This document shows positions 39,543 to 47,988 of a stretch of DNA of 64,000 bases, one piece after another; position 1 is the first letter of the stretch, and every line of letters begins with the position of its first letter. The stretch comes from an uncultured Oscillospiraceae bacterium. GTDB taxonomy: Bacteria; Bacillota; Clostridia; Oscillospirales; Oscillospiraceae. A model generated the notes under the pieces. That model was not told the origin of the DNA. It was given only the letters and a program-made list of their open reading frames with translations, and ran no database searches. The position numbers were made by a program, and so were the translations under genes. The DNA lies in the NCBI GenBank assembly GCA_964576195.1, contig CAZNUD010000002.1, positions 4,117 to 68,116 of the forward strand, in the 5' to 3' direction.

Positions 39543-40961
39543 TTATAGAATTTGGTCCTCAAGCTCTCCGGGCATAGGCAGCTCTTTTTTCTCGGCTGCA
39601 CTCACCGCTCGCATAATTCGTAGGGCGAAAGGAATGGTTATTAAAAAGGAGGCTGCGTCCGCAATGGCCTGGGCATATATAACACCGTCAAGACCAATAA
39701 AACGCGGCAAAAACAGAATGATGGGGATAAAGCAAAAGCCCTGACGGGAAATTCCTAGTATAATTGCACCAACGGCCATACCAAGACCGTTATAAAACAT
39801 GTTAACAATAATTACCCATGCATTTAATGCCATTACGGCACACTGGGAAATAAGGCACATCTTTCCAATCTCTATCATCTGAACGTCATTTTCAGTAAAC
39901 AAAAGAATAATCGGCTCGGCAAAAACGGCAATAAGTACACTTATTGCACCAATGGATAATACAGAGATTATTGATGAGAAGCGGTAAGCACTCTTTACTC
40001 TATCGAAGCGGCGAGCGCCCCAGTTAAAGCCGGCGACCGGCATAAATCCCTGACCGAAGCCCAAAATCGCGGATGTGGGCAGCATCATTAATTTAGTAAC
40101 AACAGATGTTGCAGCAAGAGCGGAATCTGAGAACTCCCCGGCAATATTGTTAATCAAAATGCCGGCAACCACAGAAAGTCCCATGCGAAAGAGACTTGGA
40201 AGTCCCATAGTGCAAACCTCGCGGACTATATCATGCTCAAAGCTTATGAGCTTAATAGACAGTTTAAGAACGCTTCGCTTGCTAATATAGGGTATAATCA
40301 GGATGATAAAACTAACAAGCTTGGATATTGCCGTTGCAATAGCGGCTCCTGAAACTCCCATGTCAAGGGTAAAGATGAAAATGGGGTCAAGAATTATATT
40401 CAAAATGCCGCCAACGCCCATGCCAATCATGGAATAAACGGGATTTCCTTCAGAGCGCAGGCACTGATTTAAAACGAAGCTTGACGCCATAAAGGGAGCG
40501 GCTATCAAAATATAACTGGCATAGTCTATGGCATATTGTGTGGCCTCCGGCGTTGCGCCCAGAAATACAACAAGTTCCTCTGTATAGTATAGGCCTCCGA
40601 TCAGCACTATTGTGCCGAATAACAGAGCACAGAAAAAGGCAGTTGAAAGGGTCCTAGAGGCCTTTTCGTTTTGTTTTCCCCCAAGGAGGCGGGCAATGAA
40701 GCTGTTTGCGCCTATGGCAAGGAAAGAGCCTGCCATCATTATTGTCTGGTCAATGGACATATTTACACCCACAGCGGCAGTTGCTGCTGTCCCAAGTCCA
40801 CTGACAAAGTAGGTATCCGCAAGATTGTAGATGGAGGTAATGAGCATTGCCACGATGGTCGGAAAGGCCATTTGGGGAATGAGCTTGGGAATGGGGGTAT
40901 TTAGCATAAGCTGGCGTCTTTCACCGCTTACAGAACTGTTATCGGGCATAGGTTCCTCCAA
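39543..40961 (-). CDS. MATE family efflux transporter
   Basis: 472 aa, ~12 TM helices, MATE-like repeats (LFRMGLPS.., ATAISKL). Confidence 0.85.
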   Translation of the reverse strand: MEEPMPDNSSVSGERRQLMLNTPIPKLIPQMAFPTIVAMLITSIYNLADTYFVSGLGTAATAAVGVNMSIDQTIMMAGSFLAIGANSFIARLLGGKQNEKASRTLSTAFFCALLFGTIVLIGGLYYTEELVVFLGATPEATQYAIDYASYILIAAPFMASSFVLNQCLRSEGNPVYSMIGMGVGGILNIILDPIFIFTLDMGVSGAAIATAISKLVSFIILIIPYISKRSVLKLSIKLISFEHDIVREVCTMGLPSLFRMGLSVVAGILINNIAGEFSDSALAATSVVTKLMMLPTSAILGFGQGFMPVAGFNWGARRFDRVKSAYRFSSIISVLSIGAISVLIAVFAEPIILLFTENDVQMIEIGKMCLISQCAVMALNAWVIIVNMFYNGLGMAVGAIILGISRQGFCFIPIILFLPRFIGLDGVIYAQAIADAASFLITIPFALRIMRAVSAAEKKELPMPGELEDQIL

Positions 40962-41014
40962 GTGTTTTTTCTATAGATTGATTATAGGCACGAAAAATGT
41001 AGCTGTCAAGGGCG

Positions 41015-41953
41015 TTAGAGCAGGGCCTCGCAGAGGTAAGACCACAGTGGTATGGTAACGGTAAAGAACATTATTGATAGAAAAACACTGCCCGCACTTT
41101 CAAGGCACGCCTGGGGGTCAGGGTCGTATTGTATTGTAAAAGCGGCAAGCAATGATGCAACGGGAAGGGCAGCATAGATTACCACAGTTTTCGCAACCAA
41201 AGGGTCCACGGGCAGAAAATACATAATTCCAAGGGTAATCGCGGGCATAACAAGGTTTCTAAGTAGCGGCAGGCGGAGGTATCTCAGTCTCATTAGAGAT
41301 TTTAAGTTGCTTTTCCCCAAGGAAATACCAGAGAGTATCATACCCATGGGGGAGCACATTGAACCGATGGCATTAATGGTTTTGTCCAACACCACCGGTA
41401 GCTCTATGTTTGCAAGGCACAGGGCAAGTCCTACAAATACGGCGACTATGGGCGGAGAGAACCAGCTTTTTATATTTTCCGAAAGGCTTTTCTTTTTACA
41501 CTGGGCGCCGGGAGGTGATAAAAGCGGTTGTGCAGCGCTGTAATAAACCATGCGGATAGGGACTATGAAAACCACAAAGTATAAAACTCCCTGCTGTCCA
41601 TACAGCGCCTCAACAACAGGTATGCCAATAAAGGAAAAGTTGCTGAACATAGAGCCGAACCGTAGTATTCTTCCCCAATGTCCCCCACCGGAGATTATAT
41701 AGACAAGCTGCCCTACGGCAAACCATAGGGCAAGCATTACAGCACCAAGCCCAAGAAGAACAATACAGTTATTAAGCTCCTTTGCTGTTGCTGAATTGCT
41801 AAAAGAATTAATTATCAGGCAAGGCAGGAAGATGTTTAAAACCAAGTTTGTAAGGGACTTGTCAAAATTGTTGTCCACCATGCCCCTGCGCCAGACAACA
41901 AAGCCGACAGCCATCATTAAAAGGAGCTCAAGTGAAAGACGCAGTACCAACAT
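41015..41953 (-). CDS. AEC (auxin efflux carrier) family transporter
   Basis: 312 aa polytopic membrane protein with an AEC-type N- and C-terminal repeat pattern. Confidence 0.75.
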   Translation of the reverse strand: MLVLRLSLELLLMMAVGFVVWRRGMVDNNFDKSLTNLVLNIFLPCLIINSFSNSATAKELNNCIVLLGLGAVMLALWFAVGQLVYIISGGGHWGRILRFGSMFSNFSFIGIPVVEALYGQQGVLYFVVFIVPIRMVYYSAAQPLLSPPGAQCKKKSLSENIKSWFSPPIVAVFVGLALCLANIELPVVLDKTINAIGSMCSPMGMILSGISLGKSNLKSLMRLRYLRLPLLRNLVMPAITLGIMYFLPVDPLVAKTVVIYAALPVASLLAAFTIQYDPDPQACLESAGSVFLSIMFFTVTIPLWSYLCEALL

Positions 41954-41981
41954 ATATGTATCTCCGTTAGAAAAATAATAT

Positions 41982-42010
41982 AAAAAGGGCGGTTATAAGC
42001 CGCCCTTTTT
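41982..42010 (-). terminator. intrinsic terminator after the AIM24/SPFH gene pair
   Basis: AAAAAGGGCGG-ttataag-CCGCCCTTTTT, symmetric A/T runs, 26 nt past the stop at 42036. Confidence 0.75.
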
Positions 42011-42035
42011 ATGGTTTTGCCATAAAAGCTAAAAG

Positions 42036-43361
42036 CTATTTTTTAAGGTCACTATCATCAAAGGGGTCGCCGCATTCAGGGCAGAACTTTGGCGGGTTCT
42101 TTGGGTCTTCCGGTTCCCAGCCGCACTTGTCGCATCTGTAAAGCAGTGCGCCGGCAGGCTTTGGCTTGCCACATTCAGAGCAAAACTTGCCCTTATTGAC
42201 AGAACCGCAGGAGCATTTCCACCCCTCTGCGGCGGCGGGCTTCGGAGCGCCGCACTCATTGCAGAAATTTCCGGTGTTGCCGGTGTTGCCGCAGGAACAG
42301 TTCCAGCCATAAATGGGGGAAAGTACAGGATCGGAGGGCGCCTTAGCTGCCTGCTGCCCCATTGCAAAAAGGTCTGCTGCTTTGGCTCCGCCAGCGTTTT
42401 GCGCCATGCCCATGCCCACAAAAGCACCCATAGCACCTGCACCTTGATTTTTGGCGGCATCCTGCATAGCCTGAGCCTGAGAGCCAACCATGTGAGCGGC
42501 TGCCATAGTAGGATCGCGGAAGGCAGCGTTGCGCTGAATTTCCTTGATCATCTTCTCATCTTCCTCGGATGCGATAACAGAGCTAACACCGAAGGAGACT
42601 ATAGAGATGCCGCGAAGCTCCGTCCACTTCTGGGAAAGGACGGAGTTGAGCGCGTCGGCAAGCTCCATAGTGTGACCGGGAAGGGAGCTGTAACGAATGC
42701 CCATTTCAGAGATCTTGGCAAAAGCGGGCTGCAAAGCTGTTAATAGCTCAGTTCTAAGCTGGCTCTCAAGCTCACTTCGGCGGTACTTATCTGAAACGTT
42801 ACCGCAGACGTTTGTATAAAACAATAAGGGGTTTATAATTCTGTAAGAATACTCCCCAAAGCAGCGAATAGCAATGTCCACATCAAGGCCAATGTTCTTA
42901 TCAACCACTCGGAAAGGAACGGGGTTTGCAGTGCCGTATTTGTTGCCGATAAGCTCCTTGGTGTTGAAATAGTAGACACGCTGATCCTTGGCGGTGTCAC
43001 CGCCGAAGGTAAAGCGCTTGCCGATGGTCTTAAAGGTATTTAAAACTGACTCGCCGAAGCTGCCGACAAAAACGCTGGGCTCTGTTGAGCTGTCATAAAC
43101 AAATTCGCCGGGCTCTGCGCAGAGGTCAACCACCTTACCCTGCTCCACAATCATCATAAATTGACCGTCGTTAACGGCAATAATGGAGCCGTCTGAAATA
43201 ATATTGTCCTCTCCCCTCTTGTTTGAGGAACGTTTGGATGAGCGTTTTTCGCCCTTGCAGACCATAATATCCTGTTCCATTGACTCGCAGTAAAAATACT
43301 CTCTCCATTGGTCGGCAAGAACCCCACCGAGGGCTCCTGCGCCGGCTTTTAAAAGGCCCAT
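42036..43361 (-). CDS. SPFH/band-7 domain protein with three C-terminal zinc ribbons (YdjI/COG4260-like)
   Basis: 441 aa. MGLLKAGAGALGGVLADQWREYFYC N-terminus and the SPFH core are typical of YdjI-like proteins. The C-terminus has CSCG..CNECG, CSCG..CSECG and CDKCG..CPECG. Confidence 0.75.
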   Translation of the reverse strand: MGLLKAGAGALGGVLADQWREYFYCESMEQDIMVCKGEKRSSKRSSNKRGEDNIISDGSIIAVNDGQFMMIVEQGKVVDLCAEPGEFVYDSSTEPSVFVGSFGESVLNTFKTIGKRFTFGGDTAKDQRVYYFNTKELIGNKYGTANPVPFRVVDKNIGLDVDIAIRCFGEYSYRIINPLLFYTNVCGNVSDKYRRSELESQLRTELLTALQPAFAKISEMGIRYSSLPGHTMELADALNSVLSQKWTELRGISIVSFGVSSVIASEEDEKMIKEIQRNAAFRDPTMAAAHMVGSQAQAMQDAAKNQGAGAMGAFVGMGMAQNAGGAKAADLFAMGQQAAKAPSDPVLSPIYGWNCSCGNTGNTGNFCNECGAPKPAAAEGWKCSCGSVNKGKFCSECGKPKPAGALLYRCDKCGWEPEDPKNPPKFCPECGDPFDDSDLKK

Positions 43362-43396
43362 ATTGTTTCTCCTTTCGGTTGACTATGGTTAAATAA

Positions 43397-44077
43397 TCAG
43401 TTGCTGGATGTGGGGATGTAGGGAATTATTTTTGTGGCAAATTCGCTCATACTTACAGTTTGCAAATATATTCTGCCGGGGCCTTCTAAAATTGTGAGGA
43501 ACAGGCCCTCCCCGCCAAAGAGAACGTTTTTAAATCCCTTAACGGTTTCCACCTTGTAGCTTACGCTTGACTGATAGGCGGCAAGATTGCCGGTGTCCAC
43601 CTTCATGACCTCGCCCGGCCGCAGATCCTTTGCTATCACTGCACCATCAAGCTCAAGGAAGCACAGTCCCCGCCCGCTGATGCGCTGAAGTATAAAGCCT
43701 TCTCCGCCAAAAAGACCGCTTTTAAATTTCTGGACATTAGCTGAAAGCTTTACACCGGGAGATGCACAAAGAAATGCGTCCTTCTGACAGATAAATTCAT
43801 TTGTTCCGTCTAGCTCAAGGACAATTATGCTGCCGGGGAAAGATGAAGCGAAGGTTATTTGTGCGTCCTGCCTTTCTGCGGTATAGGTAGCCATGAAAAG
43901 GGATTCTCCTGTAAACATTCGCCCCAAAGCTTTACCAAATCCGCCTTTCATGTTGGTTTCCATCTTGATGCCGTCGGTCATCCATGTCATGCCACCGGAT
44001 TGAGTATATATGCTTTCACCGGGCTGAAGGGTAAGCGTTACTCCGGGGAGAGTGTTTCCAAAAATCTCATATTGCAT
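43397..44077 (-). CDS. AIM24 / TIGR00266 family protein
   Basis: 226 aa. MQYEIFGNTLPGVTLTLQPGESIYTQSGGM and repeated LFGGEG(F/L) motifs are typical of the AIM24/DUF124 family. Confidence 0.8.
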   Translation of the reverse strand: MQYEIFGNTLPGVTLTLQPGESIYTQSGGMTWMTDGIKMETNMKGGFGKALGRMFTGESLFMATYTAERQDAQITFASSFPGSIIVLELDGTNEFICQKDAFLCASPGVKLSANVQKFKSGLFGGEGFILQRISGRGLCFLELDGAVIAKDLRPGEVMKVDTGNLAAYQSSVSYKVETVKGFKNVLFGGEGLFLTILEGPGRIYLQTVSMSEFATKIIPYIPTSSN

Positions 44078-44254
44078 ATGCAGACCTCCAAATTAGTTTT
44101 GGCACTCATGCACCTATGCAAGTATAATATCAAATTATTCCACGTATGTCATTGGCTATTTGCAAAATTCAGCAATTAAATTCATTTGGATGACTATGGA
44201 TTTTAAACTAATACAATGATATACTGGTAAAAATGCACTGGATGGTTTAAAAAT

Positions 44255-44764
44255 ATGGACAATATCATTCTTATCGGTATGCCCGGCACCGGAAAAAGTA
44301 CAGTGGGTGTGGTGTTGGCTAAACTTTTGGGCTTTAACTTTATAGATACTGATATACTTATTTCTAATAAGGACAAGGCCTCACGCCCACTGTGGCAGAT
44401 AATTGCCCAGGATGGATATGAGAGCTTTCTCAGAGCCGAGGGGCAGGTAGGTAAGGAGCTTTGCTGTTCGCACTCGGTTGTGGCAACCGGTGGGAGTATG
44501 GTTTATTCCGAAAATGCCATGGAAAACCTGGCAAGGCTTGGACTTATTGTCTGGCTGGACACGCCGGTTTCCGTAATTGAGGAGCGAATCGGGGGAGGGC
44601 TTCAGGAAAGAGGAGTTGCAACGCCCAGGAAAATGACCGTGGCTGAGATATATGCGGAGAGGGAGCAGCTTTACAGACGCTGGGCGCAGCTTAGCTTTCC
44701 TTGCGTGGGGAACACGGAGCAAGTGGTTACAAAATTACGTGATCAATTGTCGAATTATAAATAA
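44255..44764 (+). CDS. aroK: shikimate kinase
   Basis: 169 aa, IILIGMPGTGKSTVG P-loop, ATGGS motif. Confidence 0.88.
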   Translation: MDNIILIGMPGTGKSTVGVVLAKLLGFNFIDTDILISNKDKASRPLWQIIAQDGYESFLRAEGQVGKELCCSHSVVATGGSMVYSENAMENLARLGLIVWLDTPVSVIEERIGGGLQERGVATPRKMTVAEIYAEREQLYRRWAQLSFPCVGNTEQVVTKLRDQLSNYK

Positions 44765-44868
44765 GCATAACTAAATCCGCCATCATTTGTATATTATTTG
44801 TATATGTTTTTGATGCTGGATGATTTATAATTTATATATGGAAAAATTGTGAAAGGCTGTGAGTTTGT

Positions 44869-45795
44869 ATGGAAATCCGAGATTTGCGTTACTTCTGCTT
44901 AACCGCTGAAATGGAGCATGTTTCCAAGACTGCGGAGAAGCTTGGCATTGCTCAACCCTATCTTACTAAAATCATTGGGCAGATTGAGGATGAAATAGGC
45001 ACTCAGCTCTTCGACAAGGTTGGGCGGCAAATCAGGCTAAACCACTATGGCGAGGTATTTTATTTGCAGTCTAAAAAGGTTCTGGCCTGCATAGAAAATC
45101 TTTATACCGAGATGGACTATGTTCTGGAAAAGCAAAGTCGCACAATCACCCTCATGAGCAATACTCAGGCCTACACCTCCGGCATGGTTGTGCAGTTTCA
45201 GAAGAAAAATGCCAGCTACGGTTTGAAAGTAATTTACGGTACATACAAAGAAATGATACGCGCGGTTGTTACCGGCGAAGTGGACTTTGCCCTGTGCGAC
45301 CCCCCTCTGGACGAGGACGATGTTACCAGAACTGAAATTGTTTTTAATGACACGGCCTATGTCCTGCTTCCGCCGGGACACCCCTTCTTGAATCGCAAGG
45401 CTCTCAGATTTGAGGATCTGCAAAATGAGCGGCTTATAACCTCCCCCAAGGGCGGTGCTATGCGCTGGCATGTAGATTCTGTTTTTGAGAGACGAAACGC
45501 CCACCCTCACATTGTCTGCGAGACCCACGACCTTAACCTGATCATTCAGGCTGTTGAAAGTGGGATGGGCTATGCCTTTATCTCTTATTCCGTGCTATAC
45601 AGCCATCCGGAAATTCGCAGTCGCTGCGTTGCTTTAGACAGTATTGACCGCTTCGGAAAAATCGGACTGAGCTTCAACCGTCTTGCCATTGGAAACCGTA
45701 ACTGTGACGACTTTTACAAGTTTACAGTGGAATATTTCGAGGATTTGCAAGCAGTCATCGACGAGAGCTTTGATAACGATTACAAGCACAATTGA
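44869..45795 (+). CDS. LysR family transcriptional regulator
   Basis: MEIRDLRYF..HVSKTAEKLGIAQPYLTKIIGQIE HTH plus a LysR substrate-binding domain. Confidence 0.9.
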   Translation: MEIRDLRYFCLTAEMEHVSKTAEKLGIAQPYLTKIIGQIEDEIGTQLFDKVGRQIRLNHYGEVFYLQSKKVLACIENLYTEMDYVLEKQSRTITLMSNTQAYTSGMVVQFQKKNASYGLKVIYGTYKEMIRAVVTGEVDFALCDPPLDEDDVTRTEIVFNDTAYVLLPPGHPFLNRKALRFEDLQNERLITSPKGGAMRWHVDSVFERRNAHPHIVCETHDLNLIIQAVESGMGYAFISYSVLYSHPEIRSRCVALDSIDRFGKIGLSFNRLAIGNRNCDDFYKFTVEYFEDLQAVIDESFDNDYKHN

Positions 45796-45878
45796 CCGGC
45801 TGATATGCAGTTTTGAACAGTTTCATCCCTTTGGGGCAGCTTATTTGTTGTTTGCGTCGCCGAAGTTTCGGCAAGGAC

Positions 45879-45907
45879 TTGACATATTTCTAAATGGGGC
45901 TTATTAT
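45879..45907 (+). promoter_or_regulatory. sigma-A promoter driving the T-box leader
   Basis: TTGACA (45879-45884), 17 nt spacer, TATTAT (45902-45907). Confidence 0.7.
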
Positions 45908-45928
45908 TATACTAAATTAAAACGTAAA

Positions 45929-46206
45929 AGCAATGATGAGGAAGAAGTAAGCAATAACAAACCGCACAGAAAGTTGCCGGCTGATGAGAGGCGCACGGAG
46001 AGTTTTTGCCGAATACATCCTTTAGCTTCACACCAAACGGCGTTGTTGCCCAGTAGGCTGTGACGGGAGCGCCCGTTAAAGCGTCGGCTCATTGCACGGT
46101 GGAATCCACTGGAAGTGAGCGCTGAGGCCTCCCGTGTAAGCGGGCGGCAAACCAAGGTGGTACCACGATTATTTCGTCCTTCGGATTTTTCCGAAGGACG
46201 TTTTTT
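45929..46206 (+). promoter_or_regulatory. T-box riboswitch leader, tyrosine (UAC) specifier
   Basis: Stem I with GA-motif AAUGAUGAG and AGUA (45946-45949). Specifier loop GAA-UAC-A (46011-46017). CCGUUA F-box (46073-46078). Antiterminator AAGG-UGGUACC-ACGA-uuauu-UCGU-CCUU (46154-46181) overlaps the terminator 5' arm. Confidence 0.85.
46175..46206 (+). terminator. T-box attenuator terminator
   Basis: CGTCCTTCGG-attttt-CCGAAGGACG followed by TTTTTT. RBS AAAGGAGA and the ATG lie 7-23 nt downstream. Confidence 0.9.
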
Positions 46207-46228
46207 ATATTCAAAGGAGAAGAGCACT

Positions 46229-47908
46229 ATGCCTATCACAAATTTGCTGGAGCGAAACGCGAGCCACTTTCCCTATGAAACGGCTCTGGTTGAGATTAAC
46301 CCTCAGCATGAGCCGGAGGAGGCCACGCCCAGCTCTTGGAAGGAATTCAGCCTCGTTGAAATGAACTACAAGGAAGATACCTATCGCAGGGAACTGTCGT
46401 GGATGGATTTTGACTGCCGTGCCAACCGCTTTGCAAATTTACTTTTGGCAAACGGCGTAAAAAAGGGTGATAAGGTGGGAATTCTTCTGATGAACTGCCT
46501 TGAATGGCTTCCCATATATTTCGGTGTTTTAAAGGCGGGAGCCTTGGCGGTGCCGCTTAACTACCGCTACACCTCAGAAGAAATAAAATACTGCCTTGAT
46601 TTAGCTGATTGCACATTGCTTGTGTTAGGGAATGAGTTTACAGATCGGGTGGCGGCGGTTAAGGACCAGATGCCGACTGTACGGAAGCTTTATTACGTAG
46701 GCGGAGACTGCCCTGATTGGGCGGAGAGTTATTATCAGTTTATGTACTACTGCTCCAGCCGAAAGCCCAAGATCGAAATAAGCGACGAGGACTATGCGGC
46801 GATCTACTTTTCCTCCGGCACGACAGGCTTTCCCAAGGCCATTTTGCATAAGCACCGCAGTCTATCACACTCGGCCGAGTGTGAGCAAAACCATCATGGG
46901 CAGCGACACGGCGACTGCTTTCTATGCATGCCTCCGCTTTACCATACCGGCGCAAAAATGCACTGGTTTGGAAGCCTCTACTCCTGTAGCAAAGCTGTTT
47001 TGCTGCGCGGCATAAGTCCAAAATGGATCATGGAGACAGCGGCTCAGGAGAAGGCAACAAATGTTTGGCTTTTGGTACCCTGGGCGCAGGACATTTTAGA
47101 TGCGCTGGATAGAGGTGACATCAGCCTTTCAGATTATGACCTATCGTCTTGGCGTCTGATGCATATCGGTGCGCAACCGGTGCCGCCGGCCCTTATAAAC
47201 CGCTGGAAAGCATATTTCCCAAACCACCAATATGATACCAATTACGGCCTGTCTGAGTCCATAGGTCCTGGCTGCGTGCATTTGGGAGTCGAAAATATAT
47301 ACAAAGTTGGCGCAATCGGCATCGCCGGCTACGGCTGGGAGACCATGGTGCTAGACCCGGACAAAAAGCCTCTGCCTGACGGTGAAGTGGGCGAGCTTGC
47401 TATACGCGGTCCCGGTGTTATGACCTGCTACTACAAAAACGAGGAAGCCACAAAAGAATCCCTTTCGCCTGATGGCTGGCTTTGGACAGGTGACATGGCC
47501 CGGGTGGATGCGGACGGCTTTATCTGGCTGGTGGATCGGAAAAAGGACGTTATCATCACCGGCGGTGAAAACCTTTATCCCGTGCAGATTGAGGACTTTT
47601 TGCGCAGCAACGTGAAAATCAAGGATGTGGCAGTTATTGGCCGCCCCCACGAAAGACTAGGCGAAATTGCATGCGCAATTATCGAACTAAAGCCCGGTGA
47701 GAATGCAACAGTTGCGGAAATTTTAGAATTCTGCTCCGCCCTGCCCCGCTATAAACGCCCCCGGGAGATTATCTTTGACACCGTACCCAGAAACCCCACA
47801 GGTAAAATCGAAAAGCCAAAGCTCCGGGAAAAGTACGGCGCTGTAAACATAGTATCCTTGCAGACGGAAGCCTCGGTAAGCCAAAACTGCTCAGTGGCGG
47901 TGAAATAA
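46229..47908 (+). CDS. ANL-superfamily adenylate-forming enzyme (acyl-CoA synthetase-like), substrate unknown
   Basis: 559 aa from ATG 46229. YFSSGTTGFPKA (A3), YGLSE, GDMARVDADGFIWLVDRKKD, GGENLYP, PRNPTGKIEK (A10). Confidence 0.85.
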   Translation: MPITNLLERNASHFPYETALVEINPQHEPEEATPSSWKEFSLVEMNYKEDTYRRELSWMDFDCRANRFANLLLANGVKKGDKVGILLMNCLEWLPIYFGVLKAGALAVPLNYRYTSEEIKYCLDLADCTLLVLGNEFTDRVAAVKDQMPTVRKLYYVGGDCPDWAESYYQFMYYCSSRKPKIEISDEDYAAIYFSSGTTGFPKAILHKHRSLSHSAECEQNHHGQRHGDCFLCMPPLYHTGAKMHWFGSLYSCSKAVLLRGISPKWIMETAAQEKATNVWLLVPWAQDILDALDRGDISLSDYDLSSWRLMHIGAQPVPPALINRWKAYFPNHQYDTNYGLSESIGPGCVHLGVENIYKVGAIGIAGYGWETMVLDPDKKPLPDGEVGELAIRGPGVMTCYYKNEEATKESLSPDGWLWTGDMARVDADGFIWLVDRKKDVIITGGENLYPVQIEDFLRSNVKIKDVAVIGRPHERLGEIACAIIELKPGENATVAEILEFCSALPRYKRPREIIFDTVPRNPTGKIEKPKLREKYGAVNIVSLQTEASVSQNCSVAVK

Positions 47909-47917
47909 TATAAATAA

Positions 47918-47943
47918 GGGCCTCATCGCTTAAGATGAAGCCC
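47918..47943. terminator. hairpin between convergent ligase and eamA genes
   Basis: GGGCCTCATC-gcttaa-GATGAAGCCC (one mismatch), followed on the plus strand by TCATTTATATTT. Confidence 0.5.
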
Positions 47944-47988
47944 TCATTTATATTTGAAGCAAACTAAACAAAATCCTAGTTTTGTATA

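Noticed and set aside
42029-42487. 152-aa minus-strand ORF overlapping the 3' part of the SPFH gene
   Set aside because: It is an alternative frame of the Ala/Gly/Cys-rich zinc-ribbon region, with Ala/Pro/Arg-rich junk composition and no independent signals.
44765-44868. Imperfect hairpin after aroK as a terminator
   Set aside because: The arms ATCCGCCATCA / TGATGCTGGAT have two mismatches and a ~28-nt loop. This is too weak to call.
46115-46228. N-terminal 38-codon extension of the ligase ORF in the track; also ORFs 45683-46063 (+) and 45907-46239 (-)
   Set aside because: All of them run through the T-box leader and its terminator. The ATG at 46229 has a proper AAAGGAGA RBS, and the ANL homology begins there.
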